From Waterburya sp. (GTDB taxonomy: Bacteria; Cyanobacteriota; Cyanobacteriia; Cyanobacteriales; Xenococcaceae), in contig CBDCJV010000002.1 of NCBI GenBank assembly GCA_965217895.1, forward strand, positions 2,144,001-2,208,000: a stretch of 64,000 bases of DNA, read 5' to 3'. Position 1 is the stretch's first letter, and each line of letters starts with the position of its first letter. Below, one piece after another: positions 38,637 to 48,122 of the stretch. The notes under the pieces were generated by a model, which was not told the origin of the DNA, searched no databases, and saw only the letters and a list, made by a program, of their open reading frames with translations. Both the position numbers and the translations under genes were made by a program.

Positions 38637-40106
38637 CTAATTTGAACGAGAGTTATCTGCTACTAGGTTAATATATCTTGAACGTGCTGGTTGAAAATCG
38701 GGCTTGATTTCTAAAGATTTTTCATAGCTGACAATTGCTTCTGTCCAATATTCTAATTGTTCTAATCCGCAACCGCGATTGTACCAAAACAAATGATTGG
38801 CTGGCATGAGCTTGAGAGCGTTGTTCCAGCTCATTATGGCTTCTGTCCAATTTTCTAGTTGATATAAAGCATGAGCGCGATCGTTCCAAGCCTGATAATT
38901 ATTAGGATCGATAGTTAAAGCATTTTGAAAAGATTTTACCGCCAACTCATAGTCGCCTAAACGACCTAAGGCACTGCCACGATTGTGCCAAGCTTCTGAC
39001 AAATTGGGGTTTATTTGTAAAGCCTTTTCCCAGGAAGCGATCGCTTTGGTGAATTCTCCTGCACTAACCTGCTTTAGTCCCAAATTAAACCAGCTTTCGA
39101 TTAGATCTATACTAGTGGAATCCAAATCATTGGTTTGTATCGTCTGGGACTGCTCTAACGTTAAGTTGTCCAACTTTACAGGAGAAATATTTAGCTTTTG
39201 AGATATTTGCTGTGCCAATTCTTTGTCTTTTTGAATTAAGCTGATTAGCTGCTGTATATCAATAGCTTCAGCCTCGTCCTCTTTTTGAGGTTCGACAATT
39301 GATGATAAATTGGAGTCTGTTGAGCTTAAATCTAAAGATTTGTTTTCAGATGTATTTGATTTTGCCTCAGTAATAGATTCTGTTTCTTCTTGAGGATCTA
39401 GTTCTTCAGATAAATCCCTAGACTCAGTTAATTCAAATTCGTCCCTTGATAAAGGTATTTCATCTGAAGTTGAGAAATTATAAACAGAAACAGTCGGGGT
39501 AGAATTTTCTTCTAAACTTTCTGTAATATCTGCTGTTAGATTGTCTGCTTCTACAGATGAATTTGATTCTCTAGGAATAGATAAACCTAGTGCCGTAAAA
39601 TCAGTAGGTAATCGGTTAGATAGTTCTTGCTCTGTTTCTACTTCAGAGTCGTCGTTTGTTAAATCAGAACCAACATATTCCCAAATAACATCTTCTGTAT
39701 TGCCAAACAATAATTCTCTGCCAATGTGGTTAGAGATCGTGCCAATCTGCTTGACTTCTGGGGCAGATTGAGTCAGTTCGCCAAGGCGAATCATCATTGT
39801 TCCCAATTGACGCTTAGACTCGATTGGCAGAGTCAATACTCTAGTTCGTAAACGCTCTAGCCAAATAACCCAATCTTCTTGGTTACCGCGATCGCCTAAT
39901 TGGTTAAAAAATTTAACAATTCTGTGATCGTGCCAGCCATGAGCAATTCCTTCTAATAGTTGATTAAATAAAAATTCATAATCAGCATCCGCCAGAGAAG
40001 ATATAGGTGTCTTATCTTCAGGCTTTGGCGAGTCTTGGCTAGTCTCCGAAGCCTTAGAGTTTGGCTGTTGATTGTTTTGTTGGAGTTGTCCGATCGTATG
40101 ACTCAT
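38637..40106 (-). CDS. TPR-repeat protein with acidic linker
   Basis: Four C-terminal TPRs (WFNLG, AWHNRG, AWNDRA, FWYNRG). Confidence 0.88.
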   Translation of the reverse strand: MSHTIGQLQQNNQQPNSKASETSQDSPKPEDKTPISSLADADYEFLFNQLLEGIAHGWHDHRIVKFFNQLGDRGNQEDWVIWLERLRTRVLTLPIESKRQLGTMMIRLGELTQSAPEVKQIGTISNHIGRELLFGNTEDVIWEYVGSDLTNDDSEVETEQELSNRLPTDFTALGLSIPRESNSSVEADNLTADITESLEENSTPTVSVYNFSTSDEIPLSRDEFELTESRDLSEELDPQEETESITEAKSNTSENKSLDLSSTDSNLSSIVEPQKEDEAEAIDIQQLISLIQKDKELAQQISQKLNISPVKLDNLTLEQSQTIQTNDLDSTSIDLIESWFNLGLKQVSAGEFTKAIASWEKALQINPNLSEAWHNRGSALGRLGDYELAVKSFQNALTIDPNNYQAWNDRAHALYQLENWTEAIMSWNNALKLMPANHLFWYNRGCGLEQLEYWTEAIVSYEKSLEIKPDFQPARSRYINLVADNSRSN

Positions 40107-40290
40107 TACCTTAGATCAAATATACTGATTTCAAGAGTTAACATCACCCTGCGATGAAGCCAAACTAATTTCATTTAAAGTTAACAGTTCTTTAACAGAA
40201 CGGCATTGCTTTGAGCCAGCTAAATATTGCTCAACTGTACAAAGATAATTTTCTAGTAACTAGTGGAAAGCCAAAAAATCCACATATAAT

Positions 40291-43200
40291 ATGCCTTACG
40301 AACCTCTTCATCACAAGTACCGACCACAAACTTTTAAAGATTTAGTAGGTCAAGAGACGATTTCCTTGACCCTCAGTAATGCTTTGAAACAGGAAAAAAT
40401 TGCTCCAGCATATTTATTTACAGGACCTAGAGGAACAGGTAAAACCTCTAGTGCTAGAATTCTAGCGAAATCTTTAAATTGTTTAAATAGCAATCAGCCA
40501 ACTCCTGAACCCTGTGGGGAGTGTGAAGCCTGTTTAGCGATCGCCAAAGGTTCGGCGTTAGACGTGCTGGAAATTGATGCTGCTAGTAACACAGGGGTTG
40601 ATAATATTCGCGAAATCATCGAGCGATCGCGCTTTGCTCCCGTGCAGTGTCGCTATAAAATTTATGCGATCGATGAATGTTTGACAGGAGATTCACTTAT
40701 CCAAACTAATGAAGGATTGATGCGAATTGATAATCCTAATCTGAAAGGAAAAATGGTTCTTAGCTATAACGAGAACACAAAAGTATGGGAGTATAAAACA
40801 GTAATACGCTGGCTAGAACAAGGGAGTAAAAAAACTCTAATTATCAAAACTAGCGATAAACAAATTCGCTGCACAGAAAATCATCTCATTCGGACAGAAA
40901 TAGGATGGATCGAAGCAAGAAACGTCAAAGAAGGAATGAAGATACTATCTCCTGCGAGTGTGGATGTGAAACAAGCATTTATAAATATGGGACAGATGGG
41001 CGAACACGCTGATTTGCAACGGGACATCAATTCAAAGGAAATAAATAAAGACATCCATACAAAAAAGGTCATGGAATCTGGGATAAGCGAGGCAGGGATT
41101 TTATCGATTCCTGTCAGCAATTACAAACTGAGCAATTGGGACTCATATACGAAACTTTACTTGGGGATGGAAGCATCGAATACCCAAACTTACATAGCAG
41201 ATTTCCTCGATTGCGCTGGACTCATGGATCAAAGCAGCAAAAATGGATGGAATATAAAGCAAATCGCTTACAACAATTGCGTCCACAGATACAAAATATC
41301 ATCAATCGAGGATATGGCAAAGAATCAACCATTTGCTATACAGCTTGCCACCCTCAACTACAAGAAGTTTGCGAAATTGTTAAGCCAAATGATAAAGGTA
41401 AATTTATCTCATGGGAATGGCTTCAACTTATCACTCCAGAAGGACTTGCGTGGTGGTACATGGATGACGGTTCTCTTCAGCTTACTCCACAAGATAGTCC
41501 CGCAGTCTTTCTTCACACTGAGGGATTTTCTCAAGCAGAAAACCAAATTATTGCTGAATGGCTTACAAATATGGGATATCCTGCCAAATCAAAATCTTAT
41601 ACAAGAAAATCTACCCAAAAAACCTACTACTACGTCAAATTGGGGGCAAAATCTAGTCGAAAATGGTTGTCAGATTTACAACAATACTCAATTCCCTCAA
41701 TGGACTACAAATTTGGAGAAGGTCAAATCTGTAAGCCACGCTGGTCATGAACCTGTCTATGATCTTGATATAGAAGACAATCATAATTTTGTAGCAAATG
41801 ATCTATTAGTACATAATTGTCATATGCTCAGCACAGCAGCATTCAATGCCTTGCTCAAGACTTTAGAAGAACCACCCCCAAGGGTAGTTTTTATCTTAGC
41901 TACTACCGATCCTCAACGAGTTTTGTCCACAATCATTTCTCGTTGTCAGAGGTTTGATTATCGCCGTATTCCCTTGCCAGCGATGATTAGACATTTAAAG
42001 TATATTGCTGGCGAGGAAAATATTGCGATCGCATCATCGGCGATCGCTTTAATTGCCCAAATTGCCAACGGTGGCTTGCGAGATGCCGAAAGCCTTTTAG
42101 ATCAGCTAAGTCTGTTACCAGAAGAAATTTCTGTGGCAAAGGTATGGGATCTTGTCGGGGCTGTACCCGAACAAGATTTGTTAAAACTACTTCAGGTAAT
42201 TAATGGTAATGATTCTTTAGCAGTTTTACAGCAGTGTCGTAGTCTTTTAGATCGGGGACGAGAACCCATAATCGTCTTACAGAATCTGGCTGGTTTTTAT
42301 CTCAACCTACTAATTGCTAAAACTGCCCCTCAGCGTCCAGATATGGTGGCAGTTACTGAAACCTGCTGGCAACAATTATGTACTGAAGCAACAAATTGGA
42401 ATACCTCTGTAATTTTGCGCGGACAACAGCACTTAAAAGAAGCAGAACCTCAGCTAAAGCATACTACCCAGCCTCGTCTATGGCTAGAGGTGACTTTGCT
42501 AGGACTATTGCCGAGTGCCGAGCAAATTGTTAGCCAGCCTCTTGATACAGCTAAAGTCCCAGTTAATTTTCCGAGTATTCAATCTCAGCCAACACCTGCT
42601 CAAAAAAACACCACTAGCTCTAATACCGCTGCGTCGCCAGAAGTTACAGAAACAAAACCTTTAGCTATAGCACCTACAGAGACAAGCAAACAGATAGAGC
42701 CAAGTGAAGTTACATCTTCTTCATCTTATAGTCCTGGAGTAAATAAGGTTGTCGCTCAACTACCTGCTGTTGTTGAACCCACACCACAGCAATCATCAAG
42801 TCCTGAATTAGTCACCAATGACTTTGCCAAAAATAAAGAAATCTGGAGCAAGGTTGTAGCTTGTTTGCAACCACCTACAACTCAGGCACTTTTAAAACAG
42901 CAGTGTTATTTAGTTGACTTTGATGGTTCAAGTGCTATTGTAGGCATTAGTTCTGCAAAATTACAAAAACTTAATCAGGGTAAAATTCCTAATATTGAAG
43001 CTGCTTTTGCTCAGGTTTGTCAACGTAAGGTTAAAGTTCAGTTAGAAGTTGCTACTCCCAAAGATAGCCTCGCACAAAATTCAGCTACACCAAAAGATAA
43101 TAAGCCGCTTCAAACATCTCAACCCGCTCCAGATTTAGGTAATTCTCCCTCAGAAAACAAATCCATAGCACCGCAGCCTGAAACAAATTTAACAATAGCT

Positions 43201-43560
43201 AAAAATTTTCCTAATCATAAGTCAGAATTTCCCAAGCCCGAAGCAAACATTGCTGTAGTAACGCCTTCTTCATCAACGAGTGATTTACAGTCTGCTAAAA
43301 AGAAAGATTCTGTTTCCTCATCTCCTCTAGCTAAATTGGAAGAAACAATAGCTGCAAATCCTCTACCTATTGAGCAAAATTTAAACAGTGATTATACAGA
43401 CAATCATTTACAGCAGGCAATAGATAGCCTGACTCAAAGTTTTGAAGGTGAATTAGTGAAAATGGATAATGCTCAGGAAGAATTTTTAGAGTCTGAAGAA
43501 ATATTAGAGTTACCAGAAGCAGGTAGACCAAACATGGAAGATTATGACGACGAATGGTAA
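40291..43560 (+). CDS. dnaX: DNA polymerase III subunit gamma/tau, intein-containing precursor (709 aa after splicing)
   Basis: HHKYRPQTF, Walker A GPRGTGKTS, Zn module, EIDAASN, Walker B IDE|CHML split by the intein, SRCQRF, GGLRDA. Confidence 0.97.
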   Translation: MPYEPLHHKYRPQTFKDLVGQETISLTLSNALKQEKIAPAYLFTGPRGTGKTSSARILAKSLNCLNSNQPTPEPCGECEACLAIAKGSALDVLEIDAASNTGVDNIREIIERSRFAPVQCRYKIYAIDECLTGDSLIQTNEGLMRIDNPNLKGKMVLSYNENTKVWEYKTVIRWLEQGSKKTLIIKTSDKQIRCTENHLIRTEIGWIEARNVKEGMKILSPASVDVKQAFINMGQMGEHADLQRDINSKEINKDIHTKKVMESGISEAGILSIPVSNYKLSNWDSYTKLYLGMEASNTQTYIADFLDCAGLMDQSSKNGWNIKQIAYNNCVHRYKISSIEDMAKNQPFAIQLATLNYKKFAKLLSQMIKVNLSHGNGFNLSLQKDLRGGTWMTVLFSLLHKIVPQSFFTLRDFLKQKTKLLLNGLQIWDILPNQNLIQENLPKKPTTTSNWGQNLVENGCQIYNNTQFPQWTTNLEKVKSVSHAGHEPVYDLDIEDNHNFVANDLLVHNCHMLSTAAFNALLKTLEEPPPRVVFILATTDPQRVLSTIISRCQRFDYRRIPLPAMIRHLKYIAGEENIAIASSAIALIAQIANGGLRDAESLLDQLSLLPEEISVAKVWDLVGAVPEQDLLKLLQVINGNDSLAVLQQCRSLLDRGREPIIVLQNLAGFYLNLLIAKTAPQRPDMVAVTETCWQQLCTEATNWNTSVILRGQQHLKEAEPQLKHTTQPRLWLEVTLLGLLPSAEQIVSQPLDTAKVPVNFPSIQSQPTPAQKNTTSSNTAASPEVTETKPLAIAPTETSKQIEPSEVTSSSSYSPGVNKVVAQLPAVVEPTPQQSSSPELVTNDFAKNKEIWSKVVACLQPPTTQALLKQQCYLVDFDGSSAIVGISSAKLQKLNQGKIPNIEAAFAQVCQRKVKVQLEVATPKDSLAQNSATPKDNKPLQTSQPAPDLGNSPSENKSIAPQPETNLTIAKNFPNHKSEFPKPEANIAVVTPSSSTSDLQSAKKKDSVSSSPLAKLEETIAANPLPIEQNLNSDYTDNHLQQAIDSLTQSFEGELVKMDNAQEEFLESEEILELPEAGRPNMEDYDDEW
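40678..41817 (+). mobile_element. DnaX intein, 380 aa (Cys130-Asn509)
   Basis: Block A CLTGDSLI, block B CTENH, blocks F/G VYDLDIEDNHNFVANDLLVHN, +1 Cys. Confidence 0.96.
40905..41750 (+). pseudogene. LAGLIDADG homing endonuclease in the -1 frame inside the intein; N-terminal part interrupted by two stops, core 41049-41750 open
   Basis: ATG 40905 MDRSKKRQRRNEDTISCECGC...GRTR*FATGHQFKGNK*...YETLLGDGSI...LAWWYMDDGSL...LHTEGFS...MDYKF. Confidence 0.88.
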
Positions 43561-43705
43561 GCAGTCTCTTGGTTGATTCAAATTTTTGGCTTGATTGGTA
43601 AAAAATAAATTATTCAAAAATGTTATGAACAGATCGGCAGCGATCGCCTGCCAAGGCTCCTTGAGCGGTAACAGTTTCAATTTGCCTTAATTCCTCATCC
43701 CTTAC

Positions 43706-44785
43706 TTAGTCTCCTAAGCAAATACCTAAACCTCTTGCGGTTTTAATCAAAGTATCTTCTGGATCTACAGCGCGGTAATTTTTAATAGCCTCAGCGATAG
43801 GAATACTGGTAACTTGACGATCTTGCCAAGCAACCATGCGATCGTATTTTTCCTGAGCAATAAGCTCTACTGCTGCTACCCCAAAAGCCGAAGCTAAGAT
43901 GCGATCTAGAGGCGAAGAAATACCTCCTCGTTGAGTATGACCCAAAACGGTAACTCTAGTTTCTGCACCGCTTTTTTGCGTAATTTGTTCGGCTAAATAC
44001 TGACCAATGCCCCCCAAACGGCAATCAGCAAAATGCCCTTGCTCTAGTACATTCCCTGCTTCGGTACATACAGCTTCCGAGACTACGGCAATAGAGTAAT
44101 CTTGTCCTCTGGCTTGTCTTTTCTTAATATGCCGACAAATATTTTCAAGCTTATAGGAAATTTCAGGAATCATAATTATATTTGCCCCGCCAGCAATTCC
44201 TGCATTAAGAGCAATATGTCCTGCGTCTCTGCCCATCACTTCGAGGATCAAAACTCGGCTATGACTAGCAGCAGTAAAGTGTAAGCGATCTAGGGCTTCG
44301 GTAGCAATGTTAACTGCTGTATCAAAACCAATTGATCGCTCTGTAATACCTACATCATTATCAATGGTTTTAGGAATACCAACTAAATTTATTCCTCCTT
44401 GCTGTGCCAGCTTCCGTAGAATAGCTAGGCTGCCGTCTCCACCAATGCCAATTAAGGCATCTAAATCTAGCTTTCTATAGCCCTCAATGATTTCTGAAGA
44501 GCGATCGCCTATTGTGCCATCAGACATGGGAAAAGCAAAAGGATCGCCTTTGTTTGTTGTCCCCAAAATTGTTCCACCCATAGTCAACAAGCGATCAACT
44601 TGGGTTACATCTAGGGGCATCGCTTCGGGGGGACGAGTCATCAAGCCATGAGTTGCTTTACAAATCCCCAATACTTCCCAACCATATACATCAACTGCAC
44701 AACGAGTTACCGCTCGAATTACCGCATTTAAACCAGCACAGTCACCACCACTAGTTAAAATACCAATTCTTTTTCTTTCTGGCAT
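43706..44785 (-). CDS. pfkA: 6-phosphofructokinase
   Basis: TSGGDCAGLN, GGTILGT, GGDGS, PKTIDND, EVMGR and LGHTQRGG motifs. Confidence 0.96.
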   Translation of the reverse strand: MPERKRIGILTSGGDCAGLNAVIRAVTRCAVDVYGWEVLGICKATHGLMTRPPEAMPLDVTQVDRLLTMGGTILGTTNKGDPFAFPMSDGTIGDRSSEIIEGYRKLDLDALIGIGGDGSLAILRKLAQQGGINLVGIPKTIDNDVGITERSIGFDTAVNIATEALDRLHFTAASHSRVLILEVMGRDAGHIALNAGIAGGANIIMIPEISYKLENICRHIKKRQARGQDYSIAVVSEAVCTEAGNVLEQGHFADCRLGGIGQYLAEQITQKSGAETRVTVLGHTQRGGISSPLDRILASAFGVAAVELIAQEKYDRMVAWQDRQVTSIPIAEAIKNYRAVDPEDTLIKTARGLGICLGD

Positions 44786-44829
44786 TCATCAAAATCAAAT
44801 AGCTTACGCTTTAATTTTTGTACCTAATG

Positions 44830-44843
44830 GTAACAAAGACTAC
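44830..44843. promoter_or_regulatory. NtcA binding site upstream of pfkA
   Basis: GTAACAAAGACTAC(A); TAN3T hexamer (TAAGCT, minus strand, 44806-44801) 23 nt away. Confidence 0.7.
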
Positions 44844-44983
44844 AAAATGTAACAAAACTCCAGAAATAGTTTTTCCAAAACACTTTTGGCAGCAATTTTC
44901 TTATAGTATGATCGATCAAAAGGCAGCTTTGATATACCAAAAGCAGACATTGCTGCTTGATTAAACTGTAACGATGTAAAGCT

Positions 44984-45580
44984 ATGTTGATAAATGCTAA
45001 ACTGCCGTTCGATCCAGAACGTCTTAGTCAAGAAGACCAAACTTTGAGTTTAGCAGGAATGAGTTGGGCTGATTATGAAAAATTTGATTCTCAAGAATAT
45101 TTAGGTTATCGCGTCTCATTTTTTAATGGGGTAATCACTTTAGTGTCTCCCAGTCAAAATCATGAAATCATAGCCGAGGTAATCAACTATTTAGTAGTTG
45201 CTTACTGCAAGAAAATCAATTTGCCCTATTATCCTATGCGATCTACCAGATTAATCAACAAGCCTCTGGCTGGAAAAGAACCAGACGTTAGTTTTTCTTT
45301 TGATTCCCAAAAAAACATTCCCGATCTGGCTATTGAAGTAATATTTTCTAGTGGTAGTATCGAAGATCTTAAAAAGTACCAGTCTTTAAAAGTTGCAGAA
45401 GTCTGGTTTTGGCAAGATAACAAAATCGCTTTTTATCATTTAGGTATAGAGGAATATGTCGAAATAGGTGAAAGCGTATTTTTGCATAATCTAGCTGCTA
45501 AAGATCTAGAAGTTTTTGTTAATCGTGGATTTAATGAAAGTCCATTGACAATAGAGTCCGATTTTCTTAACTTCATTTAG
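44984..45580 (+). CDS. Uma2 family putative restriction endonuclease
   Basis: SWADYE, SPSQNHE, KEPDVSF, PDLAIEV and Y..LKVAEVWFW motifs. Confidence 0.9.
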   Translation: MLINAKLPFDPERLSQEDQTLSLAGMSWADYEKFDSQEYLGYRVSFFNGVITLVSPSQNHEIIAEVINYLVVAYCKKINLPYYPMRSTRLINKPLAGKEPDVSFSFDSQKNIPDLAIEVIFSSGSIEDLKKYQSLKVAEVWFWQDNKIAFYHLGIEEYVEIGESVFLHNLAAKDLEVFVNRGFNESPLTIESDFLNFI

Positions 45581-45710
45581 AAGAAATTTTCTAGCTTAAT
45601 TGGCAGAATAAAGCGATCGCTACACTACTTTTAGATAATACAGCGATCGCGCTAATCAATGATTCCAGTTCAAAAATCCAGCAGTAGTAACTGCTAACTG
45701 CTCACTGAAC

Positions 45711-47957
45711 TTAAGGTGTTTGTAGCTTAATAAACTTGTCTTCGGGAACAAAACTACGGAATTCACCGCGATCGCAAAAGATAGCTAAGATCTCTAGAGT
45801 ATAGTCAGGTTGAATATGTAAGTCTGCCCAAGGAACAGCAATTTCTAGACACTGATCGAAAGCAGCTTCGGCACGACAGGCGCGTATCTGCCACTGCAAT
45901 TCACCATGAGCCTCTTCCAACCAAACTGAATCATTGATCAGGTTGATGCCCAGATGATGGTGGAAAGAATAATTTGTCGGAGCTTCATTAGGTAACCCAG
46001 ATATAGGTGCAGGACTATTATGATTGGTCATTCCAGGGTAATACCAGAGTAGATGTAATTCCCCAGGAATATCTTTACCAGGCTCGACTCCTGCCTTAAA
46101 GTCCATTCGCAAATAAAAATTACGGTGGTCTAAACCATAATACAATCTCTGGACGACGCTGCTGCGGTGCATTGTGCCTCTTGCGCCACCCACTTCGATT
46201 CTGCCTGCACGATCCCAATCTTGTTCGTCGCCAATACCGTTAATAATAGGATGAATAAAGCTTTGGGGAGGGCGATCGCCTTTTACTTCATGTTTATCCA
46301 CTGCTTGATAAATGTTTTCAGGAATCGGCTCATCTAGTGCTTGATAAATAGCGCAAATATGTTCGCGGAATAGCTGATCGAACATCTCATCTTGGTTAGA
46401 AGAATGTCCTTCGCCAAACCACCAAAACCAGTCTGAACCTTCGGCTGCATATAAAGCTTCCCAAACTTCGGGATTTGTTTCTTCGGTGGCTTCTGGATGT
46501 CTGGCTAAAGTTTCTCTGGCTTGAGTTAATAAGTCCCAAGCGCGATTTTTGACAGGATCGCCAATCCAGGTGGTAAAGCTACCGTCTACCCAAGAGCCAC
46601 TGTGTAACTGTTGAGCGGGAATCGTTTCTGTGGGGGGAAACTGTTCGATAAACTCTTTAACCGTTACTAGCTTAATATCTTCACCACGGCTCAGTCTAGC
46701 GTATAAAGCGTCTAGAAAAGGCATTCCGTCACGAGGGTAGTATTCCCAACAGTTTTCTCCATCTAGGGCAATCGTTACCAGCCAAGGCTGTTCTAAAGCA
46801 GCATCGGGGTTATCCTGATGAGATTTAAGGGAACGGGCGATCGCTTCTAAATGCCCGATCAAATCCGCAGCAGCATTACGAGGACTCATGCCGCTGTAGG
46901 TAAAGCCAATTAAATCCGACAGACGGTGATCGCGGAAGACAATTGCCAAGTCGCCGTTTTCGGTTTCTAATTTATAAGGACGATAGAGTAATTCTGGTTG
47001 ATAGACATTTCCTGCTTCGTCACGATGGAAGAAGTGCTTCATACTCCAGCCCAAAACCGCCTCATCCGAACAAATCCATTTAAAGCCTTGTTGGGTTATA
47101 TAGGGCAAAATTGTCGGGCTAACAGACTGTTCAGAGGGCCACAAACCCGCAGGTTCTTGTTCAAAACGGTCTAAATACATTTCCCAAGCAATACTTAAAT
47201 GACGGGGAATATCTTCCTCCCACTGGAAACGACTCTGGGGTAAGCTCATATTGGGGACAGCTACTCGCCCCGCATTGGTATCTGCCAGTAAAGGTAAGAT
47301 CGGATGAGTATAGGGGGTAGTCATAATCTCTAGCTGCCCAGCATCCTGCATTTTCTTATGTTGAGGGATAATGCGCTTAATAATTTCCTGTTGCTTAGAA
47401 TAAATTCTCTGGCGATCGCTTAAGGTAAAATTCTTACCCTGTTCTAACCAGCCTGCAATTTCGGCATCATCCCAAAATAAAGGATCGATCCAAGCCAAAT
47501 TATGCCAAGCCAACAAATCACTATAGTCTTGATTAGTCCAATTGGCTAAACACCAGTCAAAACCATTGTCTTGTCGTTGGTGATAGAGTTGAGCATAGCG
47601 AGGATGGGGTTCAACTAACGTGTGATAGTAACCATCAAAGAAGTGCTTGATAATGTATTGCTTTTCTTTCGGTTTGAGGTTTGCTTCTGGGGTTAATGCT
47701 AATGCTAAATAAGGATCGATCGCTTCCCCTTCAGCATAGTCTTCTAGCTGCAAGATCAGTGAAGGCACAAGATTTACTGTCTGGTGCAGTTTTGGATATT
47801 TCTCCAACATCAAAACTAAATCTAAATAATCTTTAGTGCCATGAAGACGCACCCAGGGTAAACGATATTGTCCCCAAGCATCTGAGTCTGCTTCTCTGGA
47901 CTTGTATAGGGGTTGATGTTGATGCCAAACAAAAGCTACATAAAGAGGATGAGACAT
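45711..47957 (-). CDS. Glycoside hydrolase family 57 (amylopullulanase-like)
   Basis: WHQHQP, HPILPL, GLWPSE, ALDGENCWE and AEGSDWFWW motifs. Confidence 0.93.
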   Translation of the reverse strand: MSHPLYVAFVWHQHQPLYKSREADSDAWGQYRLPWVRLHGTKDYLDLVLMLEKYPKLHQTVNLVPSLILQLEDYAEGEAIDPYLALALTPEANLKPKEKQYIIKHFFDGYYHTLVEPHPRYAQLYHQRQDNGFDWCLANWTNQDYSDLLAWHNLAWIDPLFWDDAEIAGWLEQGKNFTLSDRQRIYSKQQEIIKRIIPQHKKMQDAGQLEIMTTPYTHPILPLLADTNAGRVAVPNMSLPQSRFQWEEDIPRHLSIAWEMYLDRFEQEPAGLWPSEQSVSPTILPYITQQGFKWICSDEAVLGWSMKHFFHRDEAGNVYQPELLYRPYKLETENGDLAIVFRDHRLSDLIGFTYSGMSPRNAAADLIGHLEAIARSLKSHQDNPDAALEQPWLVTIALDGENCWEYYPRDGMPFLDALYARLSRGEDIKLVTVKEFIEQFPPTETIPAQQLHSGSWVDGSFTTWIGDPVKNRAWDLLTQARETLARHPEATEETNPEVWEALYAAEGSDWFWWFGEGHSSNQDEMFDQLFREHICAIYQALDEPIPENIYQAVDKHEVKGDRPPQSFIHPIINGIGDEQDWDRAGRIEVGGARGTMHRSSVVQRLYYGLDHRNFYLRMDFKAGVEPGKDIPGELHLLWYYPGMTNHNSPAPISGLPNEAPTNYSFHHHLGINLINDSVWLEEAHGELQWQIRACRAEAAFDQCLEIAVPWADLHIQPDYTLEILAIFCDRGEFRSFVPEDKFIKLQTP

Positions 47958-48122
47958 AAATCAATCAGCGGTGAGCAGGATACAAAGTTAATATAGATCT
48001 TTATCCCAGTCTACAATTCTTAAAACAAAAGAAAGGACTTAGAGGGTCAGCCTAAGTCCATTAAAAAAAGAAGGGTATTATTTTTAAGTTTGCGTATCCT
48101 GATTTACGATTTATCTAGCTGA

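Noticed and set aside
40881..41120. 79-aa minus-strand ORF within the intein
   Set aside because: No motifs; antisense shadow of a region already coding in two frames
42500..43400. E. coli-style gamma/tau frameshift site in the dnaX linker
   Set aside because: No in-phase A_AAA_AAG with a hairpin was recognised in the Pro/Ser-rich linker; the A-runs there lack clear stimulators
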